Source: Lama glama (lineage: Eukaryota). Taken from it: DNA of 64,000 nucleotides. Every line of letters starts with the position of its first letter. Position 1 is the stretch's first letter. The DNA is taken from contig CM052818.1 in NCBI GenBank assembly GCA_028534125.1, positions 8,372,001 to 8,436,000 of the forward strand, read 5' to 3'. Shown here one piece after another: positions 40,101-53,100 of this stretch. The position numbers and the translations under genes are program-made. The notes under the pieces were generated by a model, which saw only the letters and a list, made by a program, of their open reading frames with translations, was not told the origin of the DNA and did no database searches.

Positions 40101-42899
40101 TAGAGGATAATCTTGATAGTCTATGTGCAAAACGGGGTTCTTGGAATTTTGGGCAGTCTGTTTCTATGAGTTTGGTAAAAGAAGAAACTCTGAATAACTT
40201 TGTAATTTACTGTTTTCCAAAGAAAGGAAGATGCAAAACCTGGCTGTTAAAGGTAGAACCAAACTTTCAAATATTGGAATAACTATCCAAAAGTTCTCTT
40301 TTGTATTTTTGCAATAACTTGACTGTAAGAAGGCATCTCTACTTAACATGTTGGGGAAGTAAAGTACAAATGTTACAGTTGTCTTTTTTATGCACCAAGA
40401 GAGGAAATTTCTAAAAGCCATTCTAATAATAACTTTATGGTCAGAATGATCAGAGTCTGTTCAAACAGGTGATCCTCCCAGTTCTCTCTATCAAGCCACT
40501 GCATGGATGAAACTGCACCAGTTTAACTGAGAACTACAGTTAGATGTCAACCATCATGATTATGAAGGTAGTTTGAAGTGGTGTGACAGTAGAGAGGAAA
40601 CAGGGCTTGAGACCACAGTTTGACTTGACAGTTCTATGTTCTAATATAGATAATATTAATACACTATTTCTGTTAAGAGAGCATATTACACACAGTATTA
40701 AAGATAGTAAGGCCACCTTGTTATTCTTGCTAACAATAGCAATGGGATCTCCTTCAGGAAACCTAGTCAAATAAATTGTTATTAAATTCCGTAAGATTTA
40801 GAACTTGCACAAAAATTCAATTCCATTTTTTTTTCAAATCTTCCCCTCTGACTATAGCTGTTTTCTCTTTGGCTGTCTCCCCTTCTTCCACTGACACAAG
40901 CACATATTCCTCTAGGTATTGCTCTCTCCACACTTTGAGTTCATTCACTCCCAGGATTCCAACTATCACTTCCAAGCAGATGATTCCTAAATATACATCT
41001 ATAGTTCAAACTATCTCAAGCTGACATTTCCAGCTGGCTGTCCTTCCTGTCACATAAAATTCAAACTCAGTATGTCCAAAACCATTATTAAACTCTTTCT
41101 TTATAACCTGCTTCATTTTCACTATGACTGCAAATGATATTATTGGCCCAATCTCCAGACTTTTAATCTCAGAATCAGCTTTCAACTCTTTCTTCACCTA
41201 TCATTTCTTACAAGTTAATTCACAGGCAATTTTGATCCTATTGTTGTAATGTTTTTGTAATTTATCTTCTTTTGCCTAGGCTATTGGAAAATCTTTTTAA
41301 TAGGTCTTCCTTCTTCCAAATTCTCCCTGATCCGTTGTCATAACAACAATCTTAAAGCACAAGTCAAAGTCTCTAATGGCTCTCAAGAACATACAAAATG
41401 ATGTCAAAATACTAAGCATTCAATCTCAAATCTTTTTCATTGTTTCTACTTTTTAAGTGACTCATTATTCTCTAAAATCACTAGGCTTTCTTGCCTACCT
41501 CCCAGCTCCCCCACTTCCAGTCTGTGATTATACAGACTGCCACTGCACTTGGAATATCTTCTGTCCCAAGTACAGCTACCACAATTCGCCTCTACCTTCA
41601 AGATTAAGTTCAACTGTCATCTCCCACATGAACTCTCTTTCCAACTTCGAGTCAGAAGGAGCACTTTTTAATGTTCCTTTGACTCTTCATGCTTCTGTTA
41701 TAACATTTTTACTACAATACATTCAGTTCTTTCTACAATAAGACTGATTAACTTTTCATTAATCCATAAAGCACACTGAGCACCGACTATGTCCCACATG
41801 CAGTGTTAAAATCTTTACATGGATTAGCTCATTTAATCCTCATTATTCCTTTGAGACAGGTACTGTTATTCCCATTTTCAGCTGAGGAAATTGAGGTAAC
41901 ACAGCTAGAAGGTAGAGAAGTTAGAATCCATACCAAAGTGTTCCCATGCAGTTTTAGGACCTCAACAGAAACTAAGTTTTCTGAGACTAGTGATTGCCTC
42001 AGTCAACTTCTTATCTTTTTTAGAACTTAGTTACTGCCCAGTGTATATTAAATTAATTGCTTTTTTAAAAGGCATTTGATCCAACTTAAAACCTAGGAGT
42101 ATTCTATTAATAAAAACTTTTTGCCCTTTATGTTGGATTTTAGATTATTGGTTAGAACTAGAACTAGAACTAATAAGTCCAGACCAATGAGATCTACACA
42201 ATCAAAGTTGAAGTTGTAGGAAATTCTGGTCTCCCTACTGCTGATTCTGGGAGCCTTCTACCAATTGCAAATTACTGCAAATGGCTGAGGGAACTTTGAA
42301 TAAATTTAACAATTGTTGAGCCCGAAACAGCAGCAGCGGTGAGAACAAGAATACCTGTATCAGTACTGTTCTTATCCTTTTTCAAAGTGTTTTCGTTTAA
42401 ATAACTTCATTTTACTCTTACAGTAAAACTGAAAGTTAGGTTTTGTTAGTTATCCCACTAGACCATCAGAAAGATTATGCCGTAATTTAAGGAGGATTAC
42501 CACCTGAACACAATTTTAAAAAAGCCAGACAAAGTATTTTTTAGACCATCTTCTAAGAAATTTCAAACAACTATCCCCAAGCCAAGACCCGGAGAGACTA
42601 GAAAACCGGAGAGAAGCCCTTAGTGATCCTTTTTAAGTGATTGATCTGGAAGAGTGAGTTGAGAGGCAGAGCTGCACTTCTGGCAGACTCCCAAACAGCA
42701 ATATAAGCCCCTCCACCCTCAAAAGTAGAAAAAATAAAACAAAGATGAAAACACAAGGATATATTTTACAACACAGGGAATATAGCCAATATTTTAAAAT
42801 AACTATAAATGGAATATAACCTTTAAAAACTATGAATCACTATGATGTACACCTGAAAATTATATAATATTATATATCAACTGACCTGAATAAAAAAAA

Positions 42900-43790
42900 A
42901 GTTGAGTAAAAAGCAATGAAACAGACAGTAAGCATACAATAAAAAGGATCAACAAAACCAAAAGTTCCTTCTTTAGAAAAGACAAAATCAATTAAACCCG
43001 TAGTGTGACTGACCAAGAAAAAAAGAGAAAAGCAAATTCCTAGAAAAGAATAGCCAGAAGAAACAGAAAACCCAGAGAGTTCTACTACTATTAAAGAAAC
43101 TGAATTTGTAATTAAAACCTTTCTATAAACAAAATTTCAGTTGGCATCACTGATAAGTTCCACCAAACATTCAAGGAAGAAGTACCTCGAACATTACACA
43201 AATTCGTCCCCAAATAAGAAATATGAGTTTAAGTCCCCAACTCATTTCATGATCCAAGCAAATCTTGATACGAAAATAGAATAAGACAAAATTACAAACA
43301 AAACAAAACAGAACAAAAAAACTGTCATGATTATAGAGGCAAAAGTCTTTGCGAAAATATCAGCATATTAAATCTAGTGATTCATAAACTGAACGAACTG
43401 AACTTACCCCAGGAATGCACATTTGACTTAATATTAGCAAATCTACTGAGGTAATATGCCAAATTAATAGATTATAGGGAAAATATGTAGATACAATCAT
43501 CTAAATAGATGCAAAAGGCATTTAATAAAATTTTATGTCTATTTACATTCCATAAAATAATCTTAGCAAACTAGTAGTAACAGAAGATTCCTTAACTTGT
43601 AAAAAGCCTACAGCAAGTATCACAATGGTAAAATTTCCCCTTTGGGTTTGAAAATTCACCACCACTTTTATTCAACATTGTACTGAAGGTCCTTGCTGAT
43701 GCATTAAGTCCAGAAAAATACACTATGGTATAAACGTTAGAAAAGAAAAATTAAAACAGACATTATTTACATATAAATATGTAGATACAC
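42900..43790 (+). mobile_element. Degenerate LINE-1 ORF2 fragment
   Basis: ORF2-like motifs (atagatgcaaaaggcatttaataaaat, ccacttttattcaacattgtactgaaggtcct). Confidence 0.75.
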
Positions 43791-44362
43791 TGCTGAATTC
43801 AGTGTGCTAAAATGTTGAGGATTGGTGCATCAATGTTTATAAGGGTTATTGATCTAGAGTTTCATTTTCTTGCAAGTGTCTTTGTCTAGCTTTGGTATCT
43901 GGCATTACAGAATGAGTTAGGAAGTGTTCCCTCATCCTCAATTTTTGGGAAAACTTTTTTTCTTTAAATGTTTGGCAGAGTTCACCAGTGAAGCCATTAG
44001 ACCCAGGGTTTTTCTTTGTGAGGAAATTTTTGATGACTGATTCAATGTCCTTATGAGTTTATAGGTCCTTGTAGATTTTGTGTTTCTTCATCATTCAGTC
44101 TTGGTAAGTTTTGTGTTTCTAGGAATTTATTCATTTCATCTAAGTTACCCAATTTGTTGGCATACAGGTGTTCATAGTACTTTATTAATTAGCCTTTTAA
44201 TTTCTGTAGAATTGGTAGTAATGTCCTCACTTTCATTTATAATTTTGTAATTTGTGTCTTCTCTCTTTTTTCTTTAGTACATCCAGTTAAAGGTTTATCC
44301 ATTTTGTTGATCTTTTCAGAGAACCAATTTTTGGTTTCATTGATTGTCTCTATCTTTTTTCT
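43785..44362 (-). mobile_element. LINE-1 ORF2 fragment (antisense)
   Basis: Typical antisense ORF2 sequence: agaatgagttaggaagtgttccctc, ttcaccagtgaagccat. Confidence 0.85.
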
Positions 44363-44364
44363 AA

Positions 44365-45515
44365 GACTTCATTTTCTTAGAAGAGTTTTAGGATCACAAA
44401 AAATTTAAAGCATAGAGATTTCTCACATACCCACCTCTCCCATTAACATCATTCACCATAAAAGAGTACACTTGTTACCAAGGATGAACCTACACTGACA
44501 TATCATAATCACCCAAGATCCACAGATTACCTTAGGATTCACTCTTGGTATTGCATATTCTATCAGTATGGACAAATGTACAAAGAAATATACTCACCAA
44601 TATACAGAGTATTTTCACTACTCTGTGCTCTGCCTGTTCAGCTCTGCCCCAATCCTGCTCCTGACAACCACTGCTCTTATTATTGTCTTCATATTTTTGC
44701 CTTTTCCAGAATTCATACAGTTGGAACCATATAGTTTATAGCCTTTCCTGAGGTTTTTGCACTTGCTAATATGCATTTAAGGTTACTGCATGTCTTTTCA
44801 TGGCTTGATAGCTCATTTCTTTTTAATGCTAAATAATATTCCATTGTCTGGATATACCAGAATTTATCCATTCACCTAGTGAAGGTACATCTTATTTGCT
44901 TCCAAGTATTGGCAATTATGAATAAAGCTGCTAAAAGCATCTACATACCGATTTCTCTGCAAACATAAGCCTTCAACTCCTTTGGGTTATACCAAGGAGC
45001 ACAATTGCTGGATTATAAGGTAAGAATATGTTTACTTTTGCAAAAGATTGCCAAAGTGTCTTCCAAAGTAGCTGTACCCACTAGCAATGAATGAGAGTTC
45101 TTATGTTTTACATTCTCACCAGCATTGGGTGTTGTCATTGTTTCAGATTTTAGCCATTCTAATAGGTGCGTAGTATCTCATTGTTTTAATTTGCATTTCC
45201 CTGATTACATGTGATGTAGAGCATCTTTTCATATGCTTATTTGCCATCTGTAAATCTTCTTTGGAGAGTTGTCTGTTAAGGTCATTGGCCTATTTTTTAA
45301 TGAGATTGTTTTCTTACTGTTGAGTTTTAAGAGTTCTTTGTATATTTTGAGTAACAGTCTTTTATCAGATGCTTTACAAATATTTTGTACCTATCTGTGA
45401 CTTGTCTTCTCATTCTCTCCACATTGTCTTTCACAGAGCGTAAGTTTTGAATTTTAATGAAATCCAGCTTATTCATTATTTCTTTCATGGATCGTTGTCT
45501 TTGGTGTTCTATCAA
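44365..45515 (-). mobile_element. LINE-1 3' end (same L1MC-like family as 24161-26040, inverted)
   Basis: Reverse complement aligns by eye with ~24650-26030 (e.g. ccaatgaccttaaca..ctctccaa.gaagatttacagatggcaaataa). Confidence 0.88.
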
Positions 45516-45639
45516 GTTATCAAAATGCAGTATGCATTTGGTACTTACAATGCATCTCACTTCAGACAGGCACTGAATGGCCACATGTATCTAATGGCTA
45601 CTATATGAGAAAGCAGTTATAGATTTGTTTTGGTATTCT

Positions 45640-46735
45640 GTATTTTATTTTGTTACTAACAATTGTATATATTTAAGGTGTACCATGTGAAGTGTTGATA
45701 CACAGACATGAAATGATTACTACAACTAAACAAATTAATGTATCCATCACCTCGCATTGTACCATTTTTTTGTGTGTGGGGGTGGCATTTAAGGTCTATT
45801 TCTTAGCAAATTTTAAACATACAATACAGTATTATTAACTATTGTCACCATGCTGTACATTAGATCATTAGAACTTATTCATCACACATAAAACTTTGTA
45901 TCCTTTGACCATTATATTCCACACCCCCACTACTGGTAACCACCATTCTAATTCTACACTTCTATGAATTCTATTTTTTTTTAGATTCCACATAGGAGTG
46001 AGATCATACAGTAGTTTTCTTTCTGAGCTTGACTTATTTCATTAGCATAATGTCCTCCAGGTTCATCCACATTGTTACAAATGGCAACATTTCCTCTTTT
46101 TAAAGACTGAATAATATTCTATTGTAAATATATGCCACAATTTCTTTATTCATCTGTTGACAGACACTTAGGTTGTTTCCATACTTTTATTATAAATAAC
46201 GCAGCAATGAATACGAGAATGTCGCTATCTCGTCAAGATACTAATTTCAAAAGTGGGACTGCTGGATTACATGGTAGTTTTATTTTTAATTTTTTGAGAA
46301 ACCACCATACTTCTGCCATATGGTTTTCAATTTAAATACTCACCAACAGTACACAAGAGTTCCCTTCTCTCTATATCCTCATCAACTCTTTTTTTTTTTA
46401 AATAGTCATTCTAGCAGGTGTTAGGTGGTATCTCACTGTGGTTTTGATTAGCATTTCCCGCTGATTAGTGAGCACCTTTTCATAAACTTGGCCATTTGTA
46501 TGTCCTCTTTGGAAAAATGTATATTCAAGTCTTCTGACCATTTTTAATCAGATGATTTGTTTTGTTGTTGTTGTTATATATTTTAGATATTAATCTCTTA
46601 TCAGATATACAAGTTTGGAAATATTTTTTCCCAATCTATAGGTTACTTTCTCATTTTTTGATTGTTTCCTTTGTTGTGCAGAAGCTTTTTAGTTTAACCT
46701 GGTCCTATTTGTTTATTTTTAGTTTTACTGCCTGT
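45640..46735 (-). mobile_element. LINE-1 3' end (L1MA/MB-like)
   Basis: Antisense L1 3' UTR motifs (ttagattccacata..gtgagatcatacagta, tcctccaggttcatccacattgttacaaatggca). Confidence 0.85.
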
Positions 46736-46739
46736 GCTT

Positions 46740-49020
46740 GGTATGGATCTGCTTGAGTCCCTCCTACTTGGAGCTAATCTTCTCGGATGTTTAAATTCAT
46801 ATCTTCTGCCAAACTTGGGAAATTTTCAGCCATTATTTCTCCAAATAATCTCTCTGGCCCTTTCTTTCTCTCTCGTCTCCTTCTTCTTTTTTTGGAAACT
46901 TTTATAGTGATTAATTTTTTTATTTTTAGAAATGGTTTCGATTATGGATTCCAGAACCAATTCCATGCTATATGCTTTATATTTTAAATTTTTATTTCTT
47001 ATTTGCTTTTTCTGAAAGATTTTATTTTTTTAACATTTTTTATTGATTTATAATCATTTTACAATGTTGTGTCAAATTCCAGTGTTCAGCACATTTTTTC
47101 ATTCATGGACATATACACACTCACTGTCACATTTTTTTCTCTGTGAGTTATCATAACATTTTGTGTATATTTCCCCTGCTATACAGTGTAATCTTGTTTA
47201 TCTATTCTACAATTTTGAAATCCCAGTCTATCTCTTCCCACCCTCCACCCCCCTCTCTTGTCTCCTTCTAGGACTCTCGTGATGTATATACTGGTTGAGT
47301 CCCACAGGTCCCTTAGGCTCTGTTCACTGTTTTTTTTTCTTTTGGTTCTTCAGACTCTATAATTTCAATTGTTCACTAGCTCTTAATGCCTGCTCAAATC
47401 TGCCTTTGAATCCCTCTAGTGACTTTTTCATCTCACTTACTGTACTTCTCATCTCTAGAATTTGTTTTTGGCTTCTTTTTAGGTTTTCTCTTCATTAATA
47501 TTTCCATGTTGTTCATACATCATCTTCCTGACTTTCTGTACATTTTCCTTTAATTCCCTGAGCATCTTGAAGACAACTGTTTTAAAGTCTTTGTCTATTA
47601 AGTGCAACATCTGATCTTTTCTCACAGACAAATTTCCATTGGTTAATTTTTTTTCCCTTTTAATAGGTCATACTTTCCCATTTCTTTGTTTGACTTACGA
47701 TATTTTTTTAAACTGGGTATCTGGATTTAATAATGTAGTAACCCTGGTAATGAGATTCACTTCCTTTCTCAGGGTTTCCTGTTTTTTTTTTTTTTTCGTT
47801 TGTTTGTTTAACTGTTGTAGGCTGTCTCCATGTCATAGATCTTCTTTTCCCTTCCCTTCTCTTCCTTTCCCTTCCCTTCCCCTTTCTTTGTCTTTCTTTC
47901 TTTCCTTCCTTTTCTCTTCTTTCTTTTCTCTCTCTCTCTTTTTTTTCTTATTGAAGTATAGTTGATTTACAATGTTGTGTTAGTTTCTGGTGTACACGCT
48001 ATACTGTATATAGTAGTATGTGCAGTTGCTTTCCAAAGTCCTCATCTTTAATGTTTGGCTCCCCAAAGAGAAAAAAGACAAAAATGAAGGTGATAAGGGG
48101 CATCGATCCTTTAAATCCCTTGAAAGTTGCTTTAGCCTGAGGGGGAGGGACTTGCAAAGTCTGGTCACCTCTATGTCTGTACCTCTGTGATCAGAAGCAG
48201 AAATCAGCTATCAGAACACAGATTTCTGATATATGCAAGATAGGGTCCTTATTGCTCACATGACTCCTGCAAGTAGTGTACAAGCTGCTCCAGTAATACA
48301 TGCATGGCTGCCTGCCATGGGCTGTGAGGTGGGAGGTGGGTAGCCATTGGTAAGCAAAGAGCTGAAATGACCAAAATTAACTGTCTGGAAGTTGAAAGGT
48401 TTCAATAGACTCTAGAGTTCCAAAACAGTTAGATTAGACAAATTCTGCCAGTGCCCGAAAAGCTAGCTTTGGAATTTCTTCAGTTTCATCAAAAGCCCTG
48501 TCATCTGACACCAAGCCTATGGTTAACCTGGATAAGCTAACGGAAAGAGCTCAAAGATTTGGTCTGAATGTCTCTTCAATCTCCAGAAAGTCTGAGGATG
48601 ATGAGAACCTGAAAAAGAGGATGGAGCAATTTGGGACTGTCACAAGTTCAGATGTAATAGGAACAGAGGATACAGAGGCAAAGAAGAGGAAAAGAGCAGA
48701 ATGTTTTGGGATTGCCTGATGAAAAGCTCCTGATGCTTTCTGTTCTCCAGCGTTTTCCATTTCTCTGACTCTTCCTGGTCACATATATACCTAAATGCAC
48801 AGTCACATGCTGAGGTCCTGCCTTGAAATGAGGGAGCACGTATCCCAGGTGCATCTGTGAACTCCAGCAGCAATTTGACTTACTGCTGTTCCAGCTTTAA
48901 GGTTGTTGTTGTTGTGTTATTGTTTTTAAATTATTATGTTGCTTGTTAATTAAAATACAGAAACTTTGTGATAAGGAGATAGATTTCTGGTATTTCCTAC
49001 TTTGCCTTCTTCCCAGAACT
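46740..49020 (-). mobile_element. Old LINE-1 5' UTR/ORF1 region carrying younger L1 3' tails (~47020-47255, ~47940-48010) and the SARNP retrocopy
   Basis: aaacttgggaaattttcagccattatttct and gacaaattctgccagtg...atttctggtatttcctactttgccttcttcccagaa are typical of old L1M 5' regions. Confidence 0.65.
48453..48963 (+). pseudogene. SARNP: 5'-truncated processed pseudogene of SARNP (CIP29): C-terminal CDS plus 3' UTR
   Basis: Intronless ARKASFGISSVSSKALSSDTKPMVNLDKLTERAQRFGLNVSSISRKSEDDENLKKRMEQFGTVTSSDVIGTEDTEAKKRKRAECFGIA* matches the SARNP C-terminus. It is followed by SARNP-like 3' UTR ending in an A-rich stretch. The SAP domain is absent. Confidence 0.92.
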
Positions 49021-49668
49021 CTCTATGTTCTAAATAACTTTTAAGAGTATAAAGGGGTTCTTAGACAAAAAAGTTTGAGAACCACTGTTGTAAACAATGA
49101 AGAAATACAGGTCAGAGAATTGCCATATTTTTAAATAACCAAATTAACCAACATCAGCTTTGAGTGTATCAAAAAAAAAAAAAGAAGAAGAAGAAGATAA
49201 GACTAATTGGTAGCTTAAGTGTTCTAGACCCTAAACTAAAGCACCAATTTCAGAAATACTCCCCTTGTAATGTCATCATTAAAAAGTAAAGAGGCTGAAG
49301 AGATGGAGAACACTGAATTTGGATCAGAGGTGCTTGCAGAGTATATTTTTTCCACGTTGTTTACTTATGCGGTCTTGTCTAGTCATTGATGAAATCAAAA
49401 ACACTGCAATAATATTTTGGCTAGAAACACAAAGGAATGGCGACTGTAAAAAATAAAATATGAAAAAACCCATTCTACAATACTATTTGGGATATATAAA
49501 GGTACCACTTGGAGTAGCAGCCTCTACTACAATTATTTCTTTAAACTTACTACTGTAGGTGTAAATCAAAGAATGGTACACAGTGAAATTTCAGCCCCAA
49601 TGATTATTATTTAGGCACTAGTATCAAAAAAAGCACAATTGTTAAAAAAGGAACACGGCAAAATATAC

Positions 49669-50110
49669 TGTGATCAGAGTTCTGGGAGATGCTGGTCCGT
49701 GTGTTTCTTCTGCTCCTACACATCTTGCTGGGTTGTCCAAGAATTGGAAAGTCCTGACTGCCCATTATCAGGTCATTCTTCACAGATAAGCAAGCTGACT
49801 TTAGGCATAAGGTAGTAGCTCCCTCTGGAACAAAGACCAGGCTTGTTCAACGATTGTTATAAAAGAGGTGAGTCCCCCAAGCTACATGTTCTTCAGCTGT
49901 GATGCAAACTCACTGTGTGTAGCTTCCATTCGACCCTTCATGTCACCCCCATAGGATTTGGTGGCAAAAGAAATGAAAATGAATATGCCGACACTCATGC
50001 TGTGAATCATAAAGTCCTTTGTCTTTGACTCAGAAGCTTATGTCTTCATCTAGCATCCATGAAACATTAACAGGCTATCTGATTACAAATAGGGTTGAAA
50101 CTCCACAACA
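49669..50110 (+). mobile_element. ERVL-class solo LTR (MER54/MER74-like)
   Basis: TG...CA ends, TATA-like ttataaaag, aaagtcctttgtctttgactcagaag...gcatccatgaaac U5-like segment. Confidence 0.6.
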
Positions 50111-53100
50111 AATGCATTTTATTCACCATGTCTATCTGAAAGCTTATTTTGTATAACACACATGAAAAGCTCATGAGTTAATCCTATCAATACTGATGAA
50201 TTCATAAAATAATCATATCCCACCATAACTCAGTTAAATAGAAATAAAAGAATTATGAAACATTACACTGTCTTTAACTTGTTGAGGTAGTTTTTTAGTG
50301 GGTTTTCTTATTTCAGAATTAGATGAGAGACTGTGGTCCCTAAAGTTATGATTTTACAATGATTCCTTTATAAAATCTTTGTGTTAGTGCATTTATAAAA
50401 CAGTATGTGGAAATTTTCAGAATCACTACAAACAAAAAAACCCCAAATATTTCAAATAATTAGGCCAAAACACAGGATATGATATCCTTAAAAACACAGC
50501 AGCAGTAGATGGGCAAGTCAGTACTGTAAGATTTCAAAGCAAAGAAAAAAAAAAAAACCAAAACAGAAAAAATAAGAAATTCAAGAGAGAATGAATTTTA
50601 GTCTAAATTTATATTTTCTAATATACCCATTAGTTTTATCAGAGAGTTCCAAATCAATCTTTTTCATCAACATCCAACCCTTGGCAGGAGGATGTGAGGT
50701 AGGCCAATTCTAGTTTATTAGGGGAGTTCCTATCTATTTCTGCTTACTTGTTTTCTTCAGCTGTGCAGTTTTGCCAGAGAGGAATGTTCTTGTGGCTTTT
50801 TAGTGACACTACTGGTATCTTATATAATCTAACAAATATTAATCCAGAGTACAGAAAAAAAAAGAGCTGCAGGTAGATGCATTTTAAAGGGCTATTAATT
50901 TAAAATCATGCATATTTCACCCGTCATTTCTTTTCATGGCAGTTTTTTTTTCTATAAACAAATGAAAATAAGTTCAATTCTCCTGTAAATCTAATATATC
51001 TAAACCATACAGACAGCCATGAGGGAGAAGTTATGTTCACAAGGATATGTGGCATTAGAAAAGAACACAGTATTGAAGTTAAGAACATATATGGACTTCG
51101 GAGTCGGTCAGATCTGAGTGAATTTAAACTCTGTCATTTACTGTTTTTCTTTGATGATCTATAAGTAATACAGCTATTAGCTCTTTTTTTCTTTTATGCA
51201 AATACATTTTCCTTACCCATTCTGTTTGTTTTTAATGTTAGTCATTTTAATTTTTATATAAATCAACTTCATGGCTTTTCTTTTGTGGTATCTTTTACTT
51301 CTTTTGGTTAAGAAAGTTATTTTCCCTCCAGAGATGTAGTAAATTTTATGTCTTCTTTTTCTTTTAAAGATAATTTCATTTCTAATTTAATGTTTTAACA
51401 TTTTCCTCTACCTAGAGTAAAATTTGGCGAATGGTGTGAGTTAAGTTTCTGAATTATTATCCTACCATTATTTCCTGAATAACATTTCATTGTTCTGTGA
51501 CACTTCCTTTATTGTATACTGAAATTCTGAGATAATCATGTTCATTCCTGGATTAGACATTCTGCTTCAGTGACCCACCTACTGTTTTTACTGTTACATT
51601 GTTACTTTACAATATGCTTTAATTGTCTTGTAGAGCTTATCAAATGTCATTTAACTATCATCTTTTTTTTTAATGTTTTTAAAAAACTATCCCTAAACAT
51701 TCACTTTTTTCTAAATAAACTTTGAATTATTTTGTTATAATCACAAGAATTATCTTGTTTGCATTTTGATCATGGTTACATAAAATCTATTAAGTACCTA
51801 GGGATGACAGATACCTTCAAACACTTAATATTACCATTTAGTAAAATACAGGTGAAATGCCAAGAAGGGCCCAGAGCGTGTGCTATCTTATTCAGTACAT
51901 CTTCTCATCTTCTTTTCTTTTCTTACAATTGTTAGAATAAATAAAAAGTAAAACAGAGAAAACTTAAAATCCACAAGCAATTGTGTGTATGTTATTTAAC
52001 ATTCAAAGCAAATCTATTTTCCTATAACTCTAAATATTATGGACTATATTTTAACTTGTGTTGGATATGTTACCAATTTATAAATTACTAAAATTGAGTG
52101 CTAGATATTCATTTTTATGAAACAATTTAATTATATGAATCCTCTTCTCCTGGTGCATATTTGAAATACAACCTAAGTTGTAAAAATTCATTTCAAAAAG
52201 TTTTCAATCAAAATTGGTATGTAAAGGAAGGGATACTATAGGAAAAAGGGTCTTTATAAAAGAAACACTTCTTTTAGTAATACCAATGAGAATTTTAAAA
52301 ATATACATAAAGACTGTATAAAACATAAATAAAAGAGAAATGCTGATTTAGAATGTTAACCAAGGGGAAAATATATTTTTAGATATTTCCAAGAGACACA
52401 TATTTAATTTACAGATTAATAATTCAATAGAATACAATAAATTACATATTAATATAATATCTAAGGACAATACTTAAACTGCTTCATCCAGGCTTTCTGC
52501 AAATTTTGGCCTTTATTGGACAAGGGTAAATCATATTCAATTATGGATGCAATTTCTAAGTTAGCAACATAATAGAGGTTTTATGATATTGGGATGCTGA
52601 CTTGGGCTTTCCTTCTCAACTTATATATATATTTTTTAAATTTTTAAAGGGCAGACTTACTGAAGCATAACTTACAACAAAATTCACCCTCTTAAAGTGT
52701 ACAGTTTGATGGATTTCACAAATCTGTACAGTCACGGAACCAATTTAATGTTTAAAATTACCTTATTCAGTTCTCTAATTTGAGCCAGTAATTAGTCGCT
52801 TATTCCCAGCCTTTCTCTGACTCCATTTCACCCCTTTTGCTCACTGAATATATAGATTATAAAAGCAAATAAAGATGGTTTGTTTAATGTATTTCCCAAT
52901 ATTGGTAATTTGGGGAAATTATACATTTCAAAATAAATCCTAAATTGATACAGTATAACATTTGGTTTTATTTTTACAGCCCACATTATATTTTTGCAGG
53001 AAAAATAAGAGAATTAATGAATTAGATTCACAGAATTCCTGTTTTTTCCCTAAGAATCCTTATATGTTTTGCTGATTTCAAGATCAAACTTCCTATCAAC

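Noticed and set aside
47639..47965. 108-aa hydrophobic ORF and similar short ORFs throughout the window
   Set aside because: Derived from low-complexity polypyrimidine or repeat sequence, with no coding signature
50748..50828. 81-nt pseudo-exon with good donor CAA/gtaagc on the minus strand
   Set aside because: Stop codons in the required frame, ambiguous acceptor and no further support
52762..52846. Pseudo-exon (tattcag ... AAG/gtaatt) on the minus strand
   Set aside because: Begins with TGA, has a weak pyrimidine tract, and such matches are expected by chance in long introns
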